From assembly GCF_018977255.1 (NCBI RefSeq), contig NW_024704742.1:5892001-5956000 (forward strand): a stretch of DNA of 64,000 bases. Reading direction: 5' to 3'. A model generated the notes under the pieces. The model was not told the origin of the DNA. It did no database searches and saw only the letters and a list, made by a program, of their open reading frames with translations. This DNA comes from Callorhinchus milii (taxonomy: Eukaryota). Position numbers and translations under genes: made by a program. Of this stretch, positions 48,701-62,862 are shown one piece after another (the first letter of the stretch is position 1; the number at the start of each line of letters is the position of its first letter).

Positions 48701-51700
48701 TTAATCACAATATTAAGATATGTCAAAAAGCACTTCAAAGGATTTTACTATGGAATGTGGGGACTGAGGATTTTATAGGCAAAGCGGCAGTCAATTTATG
48801 CACAGCAATGTCCCACAAACAGCTATGACGTTAATCATAATTTCATCTGGAGGATTTTCGAACAGGACACCAGAGGAAACTCTGAATAGCGCATTTTTTC
48901 CTCAGTATTTGTTCCTCCGAGCCATCCATCCATCCATCCAAGTGCCAATGCCCTGTACTTTCCCAGTTTCCTCCAATACTCTTCTCTGCATGTGCTTGTC
49001 CCAATTCTCTATTAAATGCCCCTAATCAATTCTCCGGCCAATTCATTCCTTACCCTGTCAATGCTCAAGAGAGAGTGTTTGTTCGAACCTCTCATTTTAC
49101 TCCTCTAGTCTCAATGTTGAATTAATTCTCTCTTGTTCTCAAATCCCCTGCTGCAGGAAAGAGTTTTTTTGTGATTCATTTTTTCAAACATTTTCAAGTA
49201 TCGTAACGCCTCTAAAATATCTATGTTCCACCAAAAGGAATCCTAATCTCTCTCGCCTCTCCTAATTGTATGCTTTCAGTTCCAGTATTTTACTTGTGAT
49301 CCTACATTCCACCCTCTCAATAACTCCAATATCATTTCTATACACGTGGCGTCCAAAATGCACACAATATTCCAGCTGTGGCCTCACCAATGTTTTGATA
49401 CAGATTCATCATTTTCTTTACTTTTGGATCCAATGTATCTGTGTGAAAATAAGCCCAGAATCGCGCTTACCTCCCCTGATCCCTCTGTGCCTCCACTATA
49501 ATTCTGCTTCCCTATTCTTTCTCTCAAAATGCAACATTTCACATATTTAAATTTTAACTCCAATTTCCACAAATCTGCCCAATCCATTAATCTCTTAATA
49601 ATTAATCTCCAATAGCGTCCTTCCTGCATTCTTCATCGTTTGACAATACCTCCTGTTGTAATCTGGAAATTACAAGTCTCTCGACCTGCCATCCAGATCA
49701 TTAATAGGGGCAACCCTAGTACATCACCCCCATATAATATTCATGGCTTTGCTTACAGTGCTGGTGTCCTGTGGACTCATGTTAACCAAAACCTGGCTTC
49801 TAAAAAAATGGCCTGTATCTAAGTCACTAACATAATTTTCCTACATGTTGCACACATATGCACTACGCACAGCGAGCGTCACTGATCTCATGTGCTGCAT
49901 GCGACACTCAGGAATTGGTGACAACAATGATCTTCTGTAGGTCAGCAATTTTTTTTTTACAGTTCTGCCTCCAAAATACTGGACTTAGAGAGCCATATTA
50001 TATGAAGTTACCCTGTGCACAGAGGATACAGAGAGGTCATAACCCCAATCTCTGAGGAACCAACACTAACTACTCTCTTTCAACCGGAAAAATATCCCTC
50101 AATTCCCACTCTGCCATTCAACTACTCCTCTATTCACTTTGCTGTCTTTTTATCGGTTCTGCGAGTCTTCATTTTGGTCAAAAGCTTCTTCTGTTGTATC
50201 GTATTGCCCACATTCCTAAAATCCAAATCTGCTGCATCTCCCTTATCCATATTTCTTCTTCAAAGAATCAATTCAAATTAGTCAGCCATGATCCTCCCGT
50301 TATCAGTTCCATCTTTTCCGAATATTCTCAAGTAGCCTACCTACAATTGACATGTACAACTAACTGGCTCTTATTTTTCTAAAATTATGGAGTCAATTCA
50401 CTTTACAGTATATTTTGTGAAGAGCTTTGAGACATCTCAATGACGTGATAAGACGCTACATCAAATGCAAGGATTATTATGAAACTTTTTTTTAAATAAA
50501 ACTCCCCTCGAACAATTGCTTGAAGAGTAACTTTTTTGCCCTTCTTCTGCTGTGGACTTTCATACAACATAGTCTAAAATCAGGACATTTGTATAATAAA
50601 TAATAATAATAATAATCTTTGCATTTGATATAGCGCCTTATGTCTTTGAAACATCTGGAAGCGCTTCACAGAATATACTGTCAAGTGAATTGACTGTTCA
50701 TTTTGTGGAAACAAAAAGTTTTTACATTGCATGCATGCACAGGAGTCCCAGGATCATAATTTAAATGCACCAGGATGTGGCAGTGCTAAGAGCAGCACCC
50801 ATTCAGCAGATAATGCAAGATGTTGGAGGCAAAGAAAGAAAAAGAGATACACGCCCAACAAATGAATTTTCCACTTTATTACTATCTGTAATAGGCCAAT
50901 CAATTAGTAGAGATATTGATTGGGCTGTTTACTGTACTATTGAGTTCAAATTGTGTAACCTGAGTAAGGATCATTAAAAGTTATAAACGGCAGATTAGAA
51001 ATCCAAAATACTTCACATGGGGCCAAAAATAATTTTGTTTTGCTCAAAGTAAATTGCTCATACAAATTTTCCTGAATAAAATTCATTTATAAAAAAAAGC
51101 AAATGGAAATAATTTATTTTCAGAGGATGCCCTGCCCAGTGGTTTTCACGATGGAGCGCCTATCCCATTTTAAATCCAGTTGTGCACATCGCAAAGTTCC
51201 ATGCTCCAAGTGAAACAAATTAAGCTGCCCTGGCACCCTCACGCACATGCACCCAACAATCTTTCGATAAAATGCCTCAACTCATCCCCTTAAATTTCTC
51301 AGACCCTTTATTTGTAAGAAATCTGATTACAGATGTGCACTGCTCGGAGAGTATACAAGGTGCCTAGATAGTTTTAACATACATGTCTTACCACTTGCTT
51401 ATCAATCCGCTCGCAAGTATTTGAAACTTAAAAATAGGTTGCAATACAGTAAACCTCGCATGAGTCTTATCTTTATAAATTGTATAATCACCTTATTGGT
51501 ACATTCACCTGAGTCCCATTCAGTTTCCTATCAAAATCGCTTACAGATTTCTTTGCACTACTCCTATTAATCACTTCCTAACTTGTAACACTGCTCCCCT
51601 ACCCTCCATTACTCCCGCATCCACTGGCTCCAGGATTAATGGGAAATGTATCCATGACCTGTCGCTGCATGCGCACTTAATGCAACTTGGATTTATATAG

Positions 51701-52629
51701 CGCCCTCCACGCCGGACGGCATCTCAGAGCGCTTCAAATTGCCTTCATCCGAATCAACCAAACAATCTCATACCTGTATGTGTTCTCATGTGTTGCACGT
51801 AATTGTTTTTCCGATCAGAGAAATAGGAGCACTGCGAACATGTGTAAACCTTCCGAGGAAAATGGTTCCGCAGATGTTTTTTCCAGTGGTATTCACTGAC
51901 TGTAGTGTATGTGCAGATGGTGCATTTATAAACTCTCTCATTATCTCCAACTTTTTCATGGTGCTTTAGATGTGCCAGATAATGATCGTATCGGTTGGTG
52001 TTATATCCACACCTATCGCAGCGAATAGGCCCTTTAGAAATGTCAATCTCTTCAGAATCAACAGTTACAACTTTGGATTTGTTTTTCTTTTCTGCATTTT
52101 CTTCCACAATGAATTTTTTGGCACTATGTACTTTGATGTGATGCACAAACTGCTCTTCAGACTCTGCTTCGTACTGACAGGGCCGGCAACGAAACGGTTT
52201 GGACTTTTTTCCTTTATCAACCGAGCACTCTGGTGTCACGACTTCTGATGAATTAATATTTGAGTCACAAATGTTCTGAGAAACAGTCAAAGATTCATCT
52301 TTATTTTCATTTCTTGGCATGGCTTGGTTTTCCGTGTTTCGCCTCTCAGATTGTAAAACATCAGGCAGATCAGCTCCCAATTCTTCTCCGTTGTCTGATA
52401 AAGTATCATCTACAGTTTTCAGTTCAGCCATCAGACGGTCCTCCTGACAATCGTAGCACCCAATGTCACCAGTTAAAGCAACGTTTGCTAACATAACTAG
52501 CTGTGGCGCTGCTGACAGGTCACCCTTGGAGAGGTAATTGAGGCCACAAATCTCGTTTGATGATACTCCAATGTTTGAGGCAGAAAACATACTGGTTCCA
52601 CTGGACTGTTCCAGGACTTGTGCAGCCAT
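40997..52629 (-). CDS. REST: RE1-silencing transcription factor (REST/NRSF), 3 coding exons, 899 aa
   Basis: join(51774-52629, 47220-47303, 40997-42756) = 2700 nt; Sin3-binding motif [12 protein letters not shown], 8 clustered C2H2 fingers, Lys-rich region, EGIHS/DSG degron and C-terminal CIFC...HLNRH finger. Confidence 0.97.
44621..44670 (-). other. REST: candidate alternative neural exon N of REST (50 nt, introduces a premature stop; REST4-like)
   Basis: Pyrimidine tract, TGC at -17..-15, ggaccag acceptor, TCG|gtaggt donor; in frame it reads D-V-L-stop. Confidence 0.6.
45065..45835 (+). mobile_element. CR1-type LINE 3' fragment in REST intron 3
   Basis: [10 protein letters not shown]...[17 protein letters not shown]...LERVQRRF. 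Confidence 0.88.
47220..47303 (-). CDS. REST: REST 84-nt exon encoding ZF5 ([28 protein letters not shown])
   Basis: cacag/gttggt, phase 1-1. Confidence 0.96.
47467..47843 (+). mobile_element. tRNA-derived SINE, full length, in REST intron
   Basis: Family consensus. Confidence 0.88.
49020..49625 (-). mobile_element. degenerate CR1-type LINE fragment
   Basis: [11 protein letters not shown] and [15 protein letters not shown] remnants. Confidence 0.65.
51774..52629 (-). CDS. REST: REST first coding exon (N-terminal repressor domain, ZF1-4)
   Basis: Acceptor cttcag at 52640/52641, exon begins 10 nt before the ATG; donor G|gtatga. Confidence 0.96.
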
Positions 52630-52689
52630 CTTTAACGATCTGAAGAGAACGATGGTGCCTATGAAAAAAAAACAATTTACTTAACCGCA

Positions 52690-53079
52690 AATATTCATGG
52701 ACGCCATCCGCGACAAAATAATGAAATCGTCTCGGCGTTAGCAATATTTACCAGGATTTGACACCCCGGTTAAGCCGAGCGCAGCGTCTGTGAAAGCTCT
52801 GGATCTCAAACTTCCAGCTCAACGTTTGCGTCAGTCAGTGTCTGCCGTCACCGCCGTTTCCGCATGGCACCGAGACTGACAAGAAGGAAGGGAGCGCTTT
52901 GAAATTCACCTGAAAAATAAAAGACAACGGCGCAATCACATTTTTTTGCTTTGAGAAAGCGGATTAACGCCCGGGGACATATTATAAATTGCGCGTAAAC
53001 GGGACGGGGGGGGGGAAGGGAGGGGGTGGTGGCTTGAACCTCGCCACCTCGGGCGGGGTTTTTTTTTCTTTTTGGGTGT

Positions 53080-53116
<37 letters not shown>

Positions 53117-54060
53117 GAGGGTGTGGGGTGTGTGGGGAGGAAGATATTCCTGGTGAAAAGTTCCAAACATTTACAGGAGTTCCCAAGAAGAAATGTGCTT
53201 GCAGCCATTTTACTGAAATACCGAAGTGCTGCCCTTTGCTGCAGGATCTGCGTTGAGAGCGCAGAAGAGGGGGAAGAGAGGGGGAGAGGAGGGGGGAGAG
53301 GAGGGGGAGAAAGTTACCCGTTCTCACCCGAAGCGAACACCCAAAACTTTTTTTTTAAAACTTCTTTAAAACGGTTTGGTCCTGGAGAGGGGGAGAGGGG
53401 GAGGGAGAGGGGGGGAGGGAGGGCGCAGGGCTCTGGCACTGACTGATGTGGTTTGGTCACTGTTTGTTGTTGACTTCCCCCCTTCTCTGTCGCTTCGAAC
53501 TCCTTCACTTCCCGCTGTGGGGGAATTTGCAGTGAAAAACCATTTTGTGGCTCGGGCCCGAGGGGGACCCACGGCCGAGGCTCGCGGGCCGGGCCGGGCC
53601 GAGCCGCACGACTCTCCCACACCCCCCGCCCCTACCCCACCAACCCACCCCACCCCACCCCACGCCCCGTGTCCCCAGCCGCAAGGTCAGAGCCCGGGGT
53701 CCCCGGCCCAGCCCGGGCCCGGCCCACAGCCCCGGCACAGAGCGGCGGCCTCGCCTCGGCTCGGCTCTCCTCACCCGCTGAAGCTGCCCGAGGCCGCCGC
53801 GCCGCCGCCGCCCCGCTCAGGCCTCGATGAGAGCGCGAGCTCAGGGCTCACATTCCAGCACAGACTGACTGACACTCCGCCGCCGCCGCTGTGCTGTACT
53901 GTACCGCCCTCACAACATGTCTGTCTGTCTGTCTGTCTGTCTCTCACGCACTCACACTGACTGGGCCGTCCGCCCAGGGCCCTGCCGTTAGCTCCTCCCT
54001 CTCCCCCCCCGAGCCCCACACGGGGCAGAGACAGTCGAGCTATGTAGCCTCAGGTACATA
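52690..54060. promoter_or_regulatory. CpG island / REST promoter and 5' UTR exons
   Basis: High GC and CpG density directly upstream of the REST ATG exon. Confidence 0.8.
53775..53895 (-). other. REST: candidate REST non-coding first exon
   Basis: GGC repeats followed by CTGTGCTGGAATGTG...GAGCTCGCG; donor CGG|gtgagg at 53775/53774, inside the CpG island. Confidence 0.55.
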
Positions 54061-54159
54061 CAACGCAGAATGCAGTGCTCCACCCCATCCCCATCGTGAC
54101 TGCTCCACCTCCTCCAACTGGGCAGCCATCGCTCAATGGGAAGGGATGTGTGTCTGAGC

Positions 54160-54482
54160 TAATAATAATACTCATAATAATCCTTGCGTTTGACGTAGCG
54201 CTTTTCGCGTCGGGAGGACGTCCCAAAGCGCCTTCACGGAACCCACTGTAAAGACTGTATGTTTGTGGGCGAACGCGGCAGCCGATTGCGCACAGCAGTG
54301 TCCCACAAACAGTCGTGGATTGAAAATGACCAATTTATTATTGTTTTTGGTTTTGGAGGGATTATTATTAGGGCTGTGTGTGGAGTAAGGAAACTTGCCC
54401 AAGGTTTCGCCCTCTGCCCGGAATTGAACTCAGGTCTCTCGGTTGCAAAGCGAGTGCTCTAACCACTGAGCTACAGGACTCC
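54160..54482 (-). mobile_element. tRNA-derived SINE, full length
   Basis: Family consensus. Confidence 0.9.
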
Positions 54483-54679
54483 ACGCTGTGGGCAAGGAAG
54501 GCTTGGATTTTGGCAATGCTCTCACACTCACACACTTTGTGCTTCATTAGCAGGAAGCTCGCAGGGCGTACCTGGTACCTGCCGAGCGAGAGGCCTCAAA
54601 CCTGCGCTTGTGGGATGACAAACGAGCCAACTCCTGACTATTCCTGGGGTGGGGTAAGGTAAGGCAGGGTCTCCTTGGC

Positions 54680-55182
54680 CGCAAGGTACATAGGGGACGT
54701 GCAACTCGCCTTGGAGGGGGTACAGCGTAGATTCACTAGGTTGGTACCAGGGATGAGGGGGATGAGTTATGAGGATAGGTTGAGACATTTAGGCCTATAT
54801 TCTCTAGAATATAGAAGAATGAGGTGTGATCTTATAGAAACCTATAAGATTATTAAGGGGCACGTCAGAATTTTTCCCCTGGTTGGAAACTGTAACCAGG
54901 GGCCACAGTCTTAAAATTAAGGGTAAGCCCTTTCGCACTGAGTTGACGAAAAACTTCTTTACTCAGAGGGTAGTGAATTTATGGAATTCTCTACCCCAAA
55001 GGGCTGTAGATGCTCAGTCCTTGAACATATTCAAGACTGAGATGGATAGATTTCTTGTGGATTAAGGGATTTAGGGATATGGGGATAAGGCGGGTAGGTG
55101 GAGTGAGATCAGCCATGATCTTATTGAATGACGGGGCAGGCTGGAGGGGCCGAATGGCCTACTCCTGCTCCTAATTCTTATG
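54680..55182 (+). mobile_element. CR1-type LINE 3' end
   Basis: LEGVQRRFTRLVPG...TRGHSLKI...FFTQRVVNLWNSLP plus 3' UTR. Confidence 0.88.
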
Positions 55183-55689
55183 CTCTCAGATGTTTGACAA
55201 CCTTCTGTGGTCACAGCAGTCCGGTTCCTGAGCCAGGCGGTTCTGCAATACTCCAGGGCACTGCTATTGACAGATCTGCCAGCTTGGCTCACCGGCAGGA
55301 CTTGGAAGGGTAGAGTAGTGACTGGTGGCAGGGAATCCTCCCACTCAACTCCTGTTAACTCTGTAAGCCAAAGCCCTAACAAAAAAAAGTGGAACTAGCT
55401 GGACAAGCAGCGGGAAAGCTTGTAATAATAATCTTTGCATTTGGTATAGCGCCTTAACTTGTTGGAAGAACATCTCAAAACTGTGCTTTCAGTGGCAAGC
55501 TAATTGAACTCCAGCATTACCCCAATGCACACACTGGGGTCCCTGTAATAATGAGGTCCCCAAGCCTTGGCTCTTGACAGCCTTCGCCTCGTACTCTCTG
55601 GAATTAGATTAGCAGGTTCAATCCTTCCAGGGAGAAAGTGCACATTGCAATAAATATCTTGAGAATTTCCATGTGTAGGTGGGATACAT

Positions 55690-56062
55690 GGAGTCCTGTA
55701 GGCTCAGTGGTTGGAGCAACAACAACAACAACAAGATTCCATTTATAAAGCGCCTTTCACGTCAGGAGCACTCGCTTTGCAAGTGAGAGACCGGAGTTCA
55801 ATTCCAGGCAGAGGGCGAAACCTCGGGCAAGTTTCCTTACTCCACACAGAGCCTAATAATAGTCCCTCCAAAAAAACAAAACAATAATAAATTGGTCATT
55901 TTCAATCCATGACTGTTTGTGGGACATTGCTGTGCGCAATTGGCTGCCGCGTTTGCCCACAAATATACAGTCAATTCACTTTACAGTATATTCTGTGAAG
56001 CGCTTTGGGACGTCTAGAAGACGTGAAAAGCGCTATATCAAATGCAAGGATTATTATTATTA
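55690..56062 (+). mobile_element. tRNA-derived SINE with a nested antisense L2-tail insertion
   Basis: Family consensus interrupted at 55719-55764. Confidence 0.88.
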
Positions 56063-56664
56063 ACTCGATTGATTTCTGCATGTGTCAAGACACCTGGCTG
56101 AAATCACAACCAACAAGTGGCAGTTATTTCCAAGTGTTTAAGTGAACGCACAAAAGGCCATAATAACTTCTATTGATTCCACGAGTTCCTATTCTCTAGT
56201 TTCTATCCTAGAACAACAAAGAAAGCTTGGTCAAGTTGAATTGAGGCTGGAAGATTCTTTGTTTGAATTCACTCTTTCCACATCAATCAGTATGATGCCT
56301 AAAAATATCCCAGGGCCGGTTTGGGTCAGGACTGTGGAGGACAATAAGCAGGATCTCCTCGGCGCTTTGCTTAAACATGCTTCAAAAAGCAATTCTTCAA
56401 GGCAGATTTGAAGGTCAAGAAATATACTGACATCAAGGTTTTTTTATTATTAATAATAATCCTTATAATTGATACAGCACCTTTTAAGGCAGGGAGGACA
56501 CCTCAAAGCGCTTCATGGTATATACTGTAAAGTGCAAATGTTTGAATTTGTGAATTTGGTGGGCAGCTCAACAGTCAATATGCACACAGCACTGTCTCGC
56601 AATCATTTATGAAGTCAACTTTAATAGGACAGTTATGGGCCAGGATACTAAGAAAAACTGGCTA

Positions 56665-56880
56665 TGTCAGCCTGGCTCAGTTGGTAGGACTCTCGCCTCG
56701 AGTCAGAAGGTTGTGGATGTAAGTCCCACATCAGGACTTGGAATTCATAGTCTAGGTTGACACTCCAATGCAGTGCTGAGGGTGTGCTACATCGTTGGAG
56801 GTGCCATCCTTTGGATAAGATGTGAAACCCTGTCTGCCTGTCTCGGTTGACTTTAAAGGTCCAATGGCACAAATTGAAAA
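56665..56880 (+). mobile_element. older DeuSINE-like element (SacSINE1-type); related copies at ~636-720, 3480-3740(-), 9600-9790 and 30800-30945(-)
   Basis: GTCAGCC..GGCTCAGTTGGTAG..CTCTCGCCTC.GAGTCAGAAGGTTGTGG head followed by GGAGGTGCCATCCTTTGGAT; family assignment from memory. Confidence 0.7.
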
Positions 56881-57427
56881 ACGAATTGAGTTTCTTCTGG
56901 TACCTTGCTACCAATCCCCGAAATAAAATTGGTCACTCGCGCCATGGCTTTTTGCTATAATCCTTCATCAGTATGTTTTAACTCGGAAAGCAGTGCTTTC
57001 CTTCACCTCGGCTACTGACCATACCGTACCCCAAACGCAGCCGAAACACTCATGCACGCGTTCGTCCTGTCATCAGCAGTGCCTCAATGACATGCAAATA
57101 TAGGCCAACCTCCTCGCAGCAGCAGGAATGGAATCCACCATGGCCACCGAGGCATGAAAAATTCCCTGTGCATGGGATGGGATGGGATGTGCAATTTTGT
57201 TCCTGAAAGGACACACCCGGCTTCACTTACTAACATCTCCGAACCACGCCTCCAGAGGTGTTTGTTGTTCGGCAACTATTGTTGGGAAAACTCCTTGCAA
57301 AACGTTAAAACATTTCCCTAGCTCCCTCGATCCTTTTCTAATAGATTTTAGGAATGAATACTGAGACAAGTACCAAAGGCAAAGGTAGCTTTGGCCAACG
57401 TTAAATTGTTTCTTCTGCATTGTATGC

Positions 57428-57636
57428 AATAATAATAATAATCCTTGCATTTGATATAGCGCTTTTCACGTCGGGAGGACGTCCCAAAGCGCTTCACAGA
57501 ACACACTGTAAAGTGAATTGACTGTATATTTGTGGGCGAACGCGGCGGCCAATTGCGCACAGCAATGTCCCACAAACAGTCGTGGATTGAAAAAAAGACC
57601 AATTTATTATTGCTTTGGGTTTTGGAGGGATTATCA
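57428..57636 (-). mobile_element. SINE 3' portion
   Basis: Family consensus. Confidence 0.88.
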
Positions 57637-57969
57637 TTTTAGTACGTAGTACCTCCCTCACAGCTACATTTAGCAATCATACACCAAGTGGATGCAAAAG
57701 AGATGAATTATAATAAACAACTAAAAAAAAAACTAACGTTAGTTAGTTAATCAACGTTAGCCGGTGGAGGCTTAATAGGTCCAACGTCCTCCTCCTGCAC
57801 TGCAGCTTTCCAATATACAACCAACCATCACAGCAAAGAGTTGATTTTTGCTGTAGGTCAATAGAAAATCTACGGAAACGAGAGCATAACAATTTTGAGC
57901 AATCACAGTGTAAAATCTCTCCAGCTTCTCAATATCCCCCTGATAGCACAACACCAACTTGTGTTTTAT

Positions 57970-59480
57970 CTAACGTCCTTCGCGCCCGGACGGCGTCTCG
58001 GAGCCCGGCGATGGCCTCCAGTCGGGCTCCTCGGAGCCAGCCGGGTCCGCAAGCCTTGGCTCTGGCCAACCTGCGGCCAGTCCCCGTCCATAGTCCTTAT
58101 GGAAGCTGCTCATGTGGCTCGAGGGAGATGTCCGCCTCCCCTTCCCTGAGCTAACGCGAGGCCTGGTGCGCATGCCCCCTCTCCCCCGTCACCATGGGCA
58201 ACGGGTACGTCACCAACCGCCCCACCCGGCACGCGGAGGTTTGAATTTTTTTTTGGGGGGGGGGGGGGGGGTTGGCAGCGCGTGCGTGGCCGCGGCCCCT
58301 TGTGTCGCCCTGAGCAACAGCTGCCGCGTGCGTGCGTCAGAGCGTGCGTGCCGCGTGCGCGCGTGCGTGCGAGCGACCACCCCGCATTCGCGCTCTCCAC
58401 CCGCCCCCTTTCAGTTAAGTGACGTGCGAGCTGGAGAGTCGGCGGGTGCGGCTTCGGCCATTGCGCACGCCCAGCGTTCAGTCACGTGACAGGCAACGTC
58501 TCCTTGCCGCCCGCCCGCCCGCCCCGCCAACGCCGCTGTCCGCGTCTGTCACTCCGCGCGGCCCCAACTGACTCGACCGGTTTGACCCGCGGCTGTCAGG
58601 CAGACAGACAATTTTCGGAAGCTGCTTTCAGCCGCCATCTATCTCGTTGTGAAGGTACCTCTTTACTCCACTTACACCGCGTTTGCGTGTGTGTTGTGTG
58701 GAGGTGCGTGACGAGGGTTGATTTGGATTTGGTGAGGAAAGTTCCCCCCCCCCCCCCTCCACCCCCCACACACACACACACGGGCCACACGGCGTCCGCC
58801 GGACCATTGCCGCCTGTTAAATCGGTGTTTTCGCAGCTTTGCCTAAAAAGAAATGGCCTCCACCCACACCCACCCAGACGCTGTCGGGTGATATCCTTCT
58901 CGGGGTGTGGGAGGGAGGAGGCAGTCGTGTCGGTTTTATTGTGTGAAGCGAAGCTGTTGTTTGCTTTATTTTTTAAGAAAACGCAAGCGTGCGGCTTGCG
59001 GAGGCCAGGCCGGGTGTGAGTGCGGGAGGGGGTAGGGGTCGGTGTTTGTTTTGTTTTGCTGTGTGTGTGTGTATGGGGAGAGGGGGTGTATGTGTGCATA
59101 TGATGTGATGACATGTTTTTCAGGCGGTGGGTGATTCGCAGAAAGGTTTTTTTTAGCGACGGGAGGGAGTGGGGGGAGGTGTCAGTGTTTGCGCAGCGCC
59201 CGCTTATGACGTCACTGCGGCGGTTGGGTGGCTGGTCACAAACAGGAGGCGGCGGCGGCGGCGCGAGGGTCTCGCGGTCGGTCGGTCGGCACGAGCGCGA
59301 AGCAAGAAGGGGAACAGAAGGCGGCGGCGGCGGCGCCACCACAGGGTGAGAGGCGTCGGCGTCACAATGGGTGCGCGCCGCGTCACAATCAATGCGTGCG
59401 CGCCGGCCTGGTCGTCGCCCCGCTTGCTCTCCTCCTCTCCCCCTCTCCCCCCCCCCCTCCTTCCCGCGCGTGCGCACTTG
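57970..59480. promoter_or_regulatory. CpG island / SKP1-like promoter with housekeeping motifs
   Basis: CpG-rich; TGCGCATGC (NRF1-like) 58167, GTCACGTGAC palindromic E-box 58481-58490, GCCGCCATCT (YY1-like) ~58631, TGACGTCA CRE 59207-59214; candidate donors at ~58652, ~58730 and 59345. Confidence 0.8.
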
Positions 59481-59519
59481 CCCAAAGGAAAAGGTGGTGG
59501 GGAACATGGGACCAGGAGT

Positions 59520-59930
59520 TGACCTTTCACCCCATCGAGCCAGTTCTGCCATCCTGTAAGGTCATGGCTGATCTGTACCTCAACTCCCAGATGGCTGCCC
59601 TTTTGCCCCCGTATCCCCTCGACACCCCGACCTCACAAATATCTGTCCGCCTCAGCCTTGATGTGACTGGATCCAGCGTCCACAGCCCTTTGGGGGGGAC
59701 AGGGAGGTCCAGATGTACCACTGAGCCTTTGGGTGGTACAACTGCCTCCTGATTTCACTTCTAAATGGCCTGGAAATAGTTTGTCTGAACCTAACCTATC
59801 AAATCCCTTTATTATTTTAAAAACACCTCTGAACCTTCTGAACTCAAGGGAATAGAGACCAAGTTTATGCAATGTGTCCTCATGATTTAACCCTTGAAGC
59901 CCTGGTATCATTCTGGTAATTGCCCTGTGC
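59520..59930 (-). mobile_element. CR1-type LINE 3' fragment in SKP1 intron 1
   Basis: MIPGLQGLNHEDTLHKLGLYSLEFRRFRG. Confidence 0.78.
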
Positions 59931-60599
59931 CCCCTCCTGGGCCAATATATCTTTCCTGCCTTTCACTGCCAGGGGAATCCTGGGTGACAAAATTGCCCTT
60001 AGGGACGAGGGCTGCCGGTAGGAAAATGCTCTTTGTGATTTATTTCTAAGTGCTGCAGTAGGCAAGTGTTGAAGGTGGTGGGGGAGTTGCAGAGCTGGAT
60101 ATTGATTTTTGTTGCTTTATCGTTTTTTTTGCTGTTGATTCCTTGAGCCGCTGGAACTCCCACGAGGGTTTCTGGTGACCTAGGAAAGTTCATTTAAAAG
60201 ATTGCCGAAGCTTCATTTTGTGATTTCTGTCATTTCAGAATGCATAAAAACTCTTCGCAATCTTCAAAATTGCCCTTAATGCACCACGCCCCTTCCCTAC
60301 ATGCTCAACAACGATTTGTTGGGAGGAGATGCAGTTGAGCTGAGCTGGATCATGGTCAAATGTTTTTCTCCCAATAAATTTTATATTTTTCCCTATCCAT
60401 GCCCCTATCCATGCATAAGCTAAGTGGCATGACTTCCAATGAGGTTATGTTCACATTTCTACTGTTGCACCAGAGCCAATTTGTAAACAAAATAAGATAC
60501 TTTAGACAATTGAATTCTTGTGAGGGTGTATATTCCAAATAAGTTGTAGTATGAATGTTTTAGTCTACTCACATTTAATTTTTTTTTACAAAATTTTAG

Positions 60600-62862
<2,263 letters not shown>

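Noticed and set aside
57731..57744. 14-bp perfect palindrome AACTAACGTTAGTT
   Set aside because: A few such palindromes are expected by chance in 64 kb of AT-rich DNA; no supporting context
58486..59752. 318-aa and other overlapping ORFs in the GC-rich region
   Set aside because: Stop-poor CpG island; low-complexity translations with no recognisable domain
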